Shown here in pieces: positions 58,076 through 64,000 of a DNA stretch of 64,000 nt. The stretch covers positions 248,001 to 312,000 of the forward strand of contig NW_026781914.1 of NCBI RefSeq assembly GCF_031769215.1, read 5' to 3'. The DNA comes from Ylistrum balloti (taxonomy: Eukaryota). How positions within the stretch are numbered: position 1 is the first letter of the stretch; each line of letters starts with the position of its first letter. The notes under the pieces are model-generated. The model was not told the DNA's origin. It did not search any database and was given only the letters and a program-made list of their open reading frames with translations. Both the position numbers and the translations under genes were made by a program.

Positions 58076-58889
58076 AGTCATACGCCTACTTCAGCAAGTA
58101 ATCACCAGAACAAACGTTCTGATGATAAAAGGTAAGATTTAATGGTGTAAGTAGCTGACATGCCATTTAAGTGAAAATTGGAATCCAAGGGCTTTGTATG
58201 CAATGTGGAATATAGAAGATAAATGCCAGAAACATTTAGACAGGTAAATTTAATCAACACACCTGTTCTTTTTCTCTCTCAAACATGCGTTTGAAAAATG
58301 CATGTACAGTTTTTTGACCTGGCAACGGTTCGAGGAACGCACGCAACCCTTTTCTCCTATCACGACAATAAAATCTGATGATTTTTAGTGCCGACATGAA
58401 TGTAACCACATCTGTTAGATGTAAACTACGTAAAACTAATTATATAGCTATTGACCAGTGAGAACGAATCTGAGTAGCATCCACCTGAGCCTAATTAGTT
58501 ACAATTGTATAGCCTCATGGCCATAGCACGGCAGTATAGCATGGCGGACGACAAGCGACAGGATAGACTGTCAGTATCCATCACAGTATATACATATATT
58601 TTTACATTTAGTTCGGAGAGAAATATTGGGAGCTCCTCAAGCCTCTCTCTTTCGCCGCTTGAAATAAGAAGACGGTCAATAGAGTGAAGAAGATAATTTG
58701 TCAAAGCGGCGAAGTGTTGGGAAAAGCTTTAGTTTAAGAAGATATAGAAATATTGATTTGGAGTTTCAGAGACGACAGACTGTTACTGAACGCGTAGATA
58801 TCCATTCCGTGCTTTTATTATCATCATTTTTATTTTGTCTTTAAAACATGAACAACTGTGATTACAATGGCAGAAAAGTTGTTCAGAAG

Positions 58890-60535
58890 TCACTCTAGCT
58901 CAGAGAATAGCAGTGTAGAAAACACAGTAGCCCACAGAATTGTTGTGAAGAAAACCACTGTAACTCAGAGAATTTTTGTGTGTAAAAGTCAGTGCAGCTC
59001 AGAGACCGCTGTGTAGGAGTCAGTGTAGCTCAGAGAAGTGTTGTGTAGGAGTCAGTGTAGCTCAGAGAATGGTTGTGTAGGAGTCAGTGTAGCTCAGAGA
59101 ATTGTTGTGTAAGAGTCAATGTAGCTCAGAGAATTGTTATGTAGGAGTCAGTGTAGCTCAGAGAATGGTAGTGTAGGAGTCAGTGTAGCTCAGAGAAGTG
59201 TTGTGTAGGAGTCAGTGTAGCTCAGAGAAGTGTTGTGTAGGAGTCAGTGTAGCTCAGAGAAGTGTTGTGTAGGAGTCAGTGTAGCTCAGAGAAGTGTTGT
59301 GTAGGAGTCAGTGTAGCTCAGAGAAGTGTTGTGTAGGAGTCAGTGTAGCTCAGAGAATGGTAGTGTAGGAGTCAGTGTAGCTCAGAGAACGCTGTGTAGG
59401 AGTCAGTGTAGCTCAGAGAAGTGTTGTGTAGGAGTCAGTGTAGCTCAGAGTATGGTAGTGTAGGAGTCAGTGTAGCTCAGAGAAGTGTTGTGTAGGAGTC
59501 AGTGTAGCTCAGAGAAGTGTTGTGTAGGAGTCAGTGTAGCTCAGAGAAGTGTTGTGTAGGAGTCAGTGTAGCTCAGAGAAGTGTTGTGTAGGAGTCAGTG
59601 TAGCTCAGAGTATGGTAGTGTAGGAGTCAGTGTAGCTCAGAGAAGTGTTGTGTAGGAGTCAGTGTAGCTCAGAGAATGCTGTGTAGGAGTCAGTGCAGCT
59701 CGGAGAACGGCTGTGTATGAATCCGTGTAGCTCAGAGAACACTGTGTAGGAGTCAATGTAGCTCAGGGAAGTGTTGTGTAGGAGTCAGTGTAGATCAGAG
59801 AAATGTTGTGTAGAAAACACTGTAACTTAGAGAACGCTGTGTATGTGTCAGTGTAGCTCAGAGAATGGATGTGTAGGAGTCAGTGTAGCTCGGAGAAGTG
59901 GTGTGTAGGAGTCAGTGTAGATCAGAGAACGTTGTGAAGGAGTCAGTGTAGCTCAGAGAAGTGTTGTGTAGGAGTCAGTGTAGCTCAGAGAATGCTGTGT
60001 AGGAGTCAGTGTAGCTCAGAGAATGCTGTGTAGGAGTCAGTGTAGCTCAGAGAAGTGTTGTGTAGGAGTCAGTGTAGCTCAGAGAAGTGTTGTGTAGGAG
60101 TCAGTGTAGCTCAGAGAATGCTGTGTAGGAGTCAGTGTAGCTCAGAGAATGCTGTGTAGGAGTCAGTGTAGCTCAGAGAACGCTGTGTAGGAGTCAGTGT
60201 AGCTCAGAGAATGCTGTGTAGGAGTCAGTGTAGCTCAGAGAAGTGTTGTGTAGGAGTCAGTGTAGCTCAGAGAAGTGTTGTGTAGGAGTCAGTGTAGCTC
60301 AGAGAATGCTGTGTAGGAGTCAGTGTAGCTCAGAGAATGCTGTGTAGGAGTCAGTGTAGCTCAGAGAACGCTGTGTAGGAGTCATTGTAGCTCGGAGAAT
60401 TGTTGCGTAGGAGTCAGTTTAGTTCAGGCAAGTGTTGTGTTGACAACATAGTAGCTTACAGAAATGTGTAAAAGTCAGTGTAGCTCAAAAAATTGTTGTG
60501 TAGAAGTGACTGTAGCTAAGAGAATCGTTGTGTAA
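58890..60535. repeat. 31/32-bp satellite
   Basis: gtgtaggagtcagtgtagctcagagaagtgtt. Confidence 0.97.
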
Positions 60536-60974
60536 TCCACAGCGCTGTCCACACAGACCACCCATGCATAGATATATGTATACGAAATAGAACAACGAAT
60601 CTCTTACATAGCTGTTGCGTGACCAACTGTAATATCTACACATTGGCAACGGTTAATGTAATGACTTTCAATCTATTATGCAATACTTCAGGGGGAAATG
60701 CATGTGAAATTCGTCACAAACAATACCGTCTTTTGAAACCTAACATGCTAAATGATATGCTTAACACGCACATGAGCGTTGTTGCTGAGGAAAGACTGTT
60801 TTTTATATGTGCTATCAATTTGTATACCAATATTTGAATACGTGATGTAAAAGGCGGGTTTGTTCCATTACTAATGAATTGCCGTCTGTATAGACGCGAG
60901 TGATTGTGAAATATTGAATTGACCAATCTTATAAGTTATAAGACTTTGAGAATTTTTAGAGCTTGATGTATATA

Positions 60975-61190
60975 ATGCCTGTTGGTTTCGTTGTTGTAAA
61001 CGTGACATTATTATCTTGGATTGACCAAGGTTTGCATGGCGGTTGTCGTCGATGAAACAGAAAACGCTTACTCTGATTAAACACCTGGTCTTATTCTCCT
61101 TGTACTTTTTCAGGAGTCCTCGAGTGAATCTATATTTTTGTTCATATTTGGCCCTAGTTTTATGGAATTTGAGTTTGAATTTTCCTGATG
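60975..61190 (+). mobile_element. Dispersed repeat, probable Penelope-like 3' end (copy 6)
   Basis: gtcgtcgatgaaacagaaaacgcttactctgattaaacacctggtcttattctcc. Confidence 0.65.
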
Positions 61191-62419
61191 TTTTTCGTAT
61201 GAATTTCATGAAAGAGTATTTTGTTATGTAACTCGAGAAACGTATTTATACTATTAACGTTATCAATACTTTTTAAGATAAGCTTACCATAAATAAGTAT
61301 GTAACATTGAAAATATAGCATGACATAGAATATATAATTTTTATACCGTGATCAGTACCAGCCAAAGCATTCGTGACGTTTTAGACGCAATACATTGTCA
61401 TTGTGACGATTCGCAATATACGGATATAACACATTTGTAGCCATGTTGAGGGCGCGGCTGTTGGTTGGATTTTTCTATGTCTTACATACTTGGATACGCC
61501 TACACACAAAAAAAAATCATACCCTCAACATTCAATTATGTGTGGGATGTTGTTACTCCGGTCTATTTCGCCCCGTCACGTTGAGTTGCGTCACTTTTTT
61601 TATTTGGGATTTTTTATACAATTTTATGCAGGAATCAACTATGCAAATATCTCAGATGAGTTCATGATTCACAGTTCCGAGGTCAAGATCAATGTTACTA
61701 TTACTCACCAACTTATTTAAGTACATCACCAAAGCAACTTTCTGCTGGATTTTGTTCAAAATATTCTCATTCCATAGCATTCCTACGATGTAACCTTACC
61801 GTCAGTAGTGTATAACCTGCTCATGGCCTGCGCAACGGTGGATGAATATTGTGAGAATTGTAAAAAGATTGAGGTTTTCTTCGGTTATAACAAGAAAATG
61901 AGGATTTGGGGCATTGAGATTTGCATGGAGCAGAAAGAAAGGCTTAAAAGAAATATAGATCGATATGACATAAACACGAAACAACTGTGTGGATGAAAGG
62001 TAACTAACAATGGGAAATGGTTTGATAGTCTTTAGTGTGAACGAGCAGCATGAAAAGGTCTGACAGAAGATAACTGGCCCTTAGGAGGTAGAGAAATCAC
62101 TCGAGAATTCTGAATTCCAGGAAATGTAGAGAAGTTTTAAAGAGAGTTATAAAGATAGGAAAGGTATATGAACGAAAAAAATAAAACCAAATAAGATCTA
62201 TCTCAGTAACACAGGACACTTTAAATATAGATACAATATTCACAACATCCGCAATTAGAATCATTATCCGACATATCCAGATTGTGTACAAATCAGAAAA
62301 CAAGCAAGAAAAGAAATTAAGAGAAGAATTAAAACAACAGAAACAAGTAACAGAAACCACCGTAAAAATCTTCAGATATTTTCTAGTCAAATGATACTGA
62401 AGACTTTGCTGTGTAATAT

Positions 62420-64000
62420 ATACTAGGGACGTAACTTTAAATGTTCGGTTGTCAGTGTAATACTAGGGACGTGACTTTAAATGTCCGGGTGTCCGTGTAA
62501 TACTAGGGACGTGACTTTAAATGTCCGGGTGTCCGCTTAATACTAGGGACGTGAGTTTAAATGTCTGGGTGTCCTTGTAATACTAGGGACGTGACATTAA
62601 ATGTCCGGGTGTCCGTGTAATACTAGGGACGTGACTTTAAATGTCCGGGTGTCCGTTTAATACTAGGAACGTGAGTTTAAATGTCCGGGTGTCAGTGTAA
62701 TACTAGGGGCGTGAGTTTAAATGTCCGGTTGTCAGTGTAATAGTAGGGATGTGACTTTAAATGTCCGGGTGTCCGTGTAATAGTAGGGGCGTGAGTTTAA
62801 ATGTCCAGGTGTCCTTGTTATACTAGGGACGTGACTTTAAATGTCCGGGTGTCCGTGTAATAGTAGGGAAGTGACTTTAAATGTTCGGTTGTCAGTGTAA
62901 TACTAGGGACGTGACTTTAAATGTCCGGGTGTCCGTGTAATACTAGGGACGTGACTTTAAATGTCCGGGTGTCCGCTTAATACTAGGGACGTGAGTTTAA
63001 ATGTCTGGGTGTCCTTGTAATACTAGGGACGTGACTTTAAATGTCCGGGTGTTTACGTGACTTTAAATGTCCGGGTGTCCGCTTAATACTAGGGACGTGA
63101 GTTTAAATGTCTGGGTGTCCTTGTAATACTAGGGACGTGACTTTAAATGTCCGGTTGTCAGTGTAATAGTAGGGATGTGACTTTAAATGTCCGGGTGTCC
63201 GTGTAATAGTAGGGGCGTGAGTTTAAATGTCCGGGTGTCCGTTTAATACTAGGAACGTGGTTTAAATGTCCGGGTGTCAATGTAATACTAGGGACGTGAG
63301 TTTAAATGTCCGGTTGTCAGTGTAATAGTAGGGATGTGACTTTAAATGTCCGGGTGTCCGTGTAATACTAGGGGCGTGAGTTTAAATGTCCGGGTGTCCT
63401 TGTTATACTAGGGACGTGACTTTAAATGTCCGGTTGTCAGTGTAATAGGAGGGGCGTGACTTTAAATGTCCAGGTGTCCGTGTAATACTAGGGACGTGAC
63501 TTTAAATGTCCGGGTGTCCGTGTAATACTAGGGACGTGACTTTAAATGTCCGGGTGTCCGTGTAATACTAGGGACGTGACTTTAAATGTCCGGGTGTCCG
63601 TGTAATACTAGGGACGTGACTTTAAATGTCCGGGTGTCCGTGTAATACTAGGGACGTGACTTTAAATGTCCGGGTGTCCGTGTAATAGTAGGGACGTGAC
63701 TTTAAATGTCCTAGGGACGTGAGTGTCCGGGTGTCCTTGTAATACTAGGGACGTGACTTTAAATGTCCGGGTGTCCGTGTAATACTAGGGACGTGACTTT
63801 AAATGTCCGGGTGTCCGTGTAATACTAGGGACGTGACTTTAAATGTCCGGGTGTCCGTGTAATACTAGGGACGTGACTTTAAATGTCCGGGTGTCCGTGT
63901 AATACTAGGGACGTGACTTTAAATGTCCGGGTGTCCGTTTAATACTAGGGACGTGAGTTTAAATGTCCGGGTGTCAGTGTAATACTAGGGACGTGAGTTT
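62420..64000. repeat. 40-bp satellite running off the window end
   Basis: tactagggacgtgactttaaatgtccgggtgtccgtgtaa. Confidence 0.97.

Noticed and set aside
57532-58101. 189-aa Pro/Ser-rich ORF
   Set aside because: Arises from a degenerate ~42-bp tandem repeat; no splice or domain support.
60525-60570. Minus-strand GLCGQRCGLH resembling an EGF start
   Set aside because: Runs straight into satellite sequence with no further Cys pattern or splice acceptor.
58890-64000. Regular short repeats as CRISPR arrays
   Set aside because: Head-to-tail units without unique spacers, no cas genes, and a eukaryotic spliced-gene context.

Overview
AT-rich, intron-rich animal genomic DNA; the repeat landscape and lectin-like domain point to a bivalve or other mollusc (inference). 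Two convergent genes were reconstructed by hand from GT-AG boundaries and frame continuity. (1) A + strand aldo-keto reductase with 9 exons at 527-4484; its first coding exon was not found. The D/Y/K/H catalytic tetrad is intact, but the cofactor motif reads IPMS instead of IPKS. (2) A - strand gene with 49 exons at 52497-6239, encoding at least ~2,245 aa of Cys-rich, apparently secreted protein: DUF3011/ADEL-like lectin domain, EGF, [VWD(GDPH)-C8-TIL-TILa/EGF], 37 short EGF modules, then [VWD(GDPH)-C8-TIL-TILa/EGF]. Each of the 37 EGF modules sits on its own phase-1/phase-1 exon, and two module types alternate strictly (102 bp and 108 bp). Several intronic minisatellites are amplified copies of this gene's own exon-intron junctions; some copies have lost the GT or AG. 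The rest is minisatellites, MITEs, Helentron-type non-autonomous elements, a decayed Penelope-like RT, a tRNA-derived SINE and six copies of a dispersed retroelement end. Domain names come from motif recognition, not database searches.
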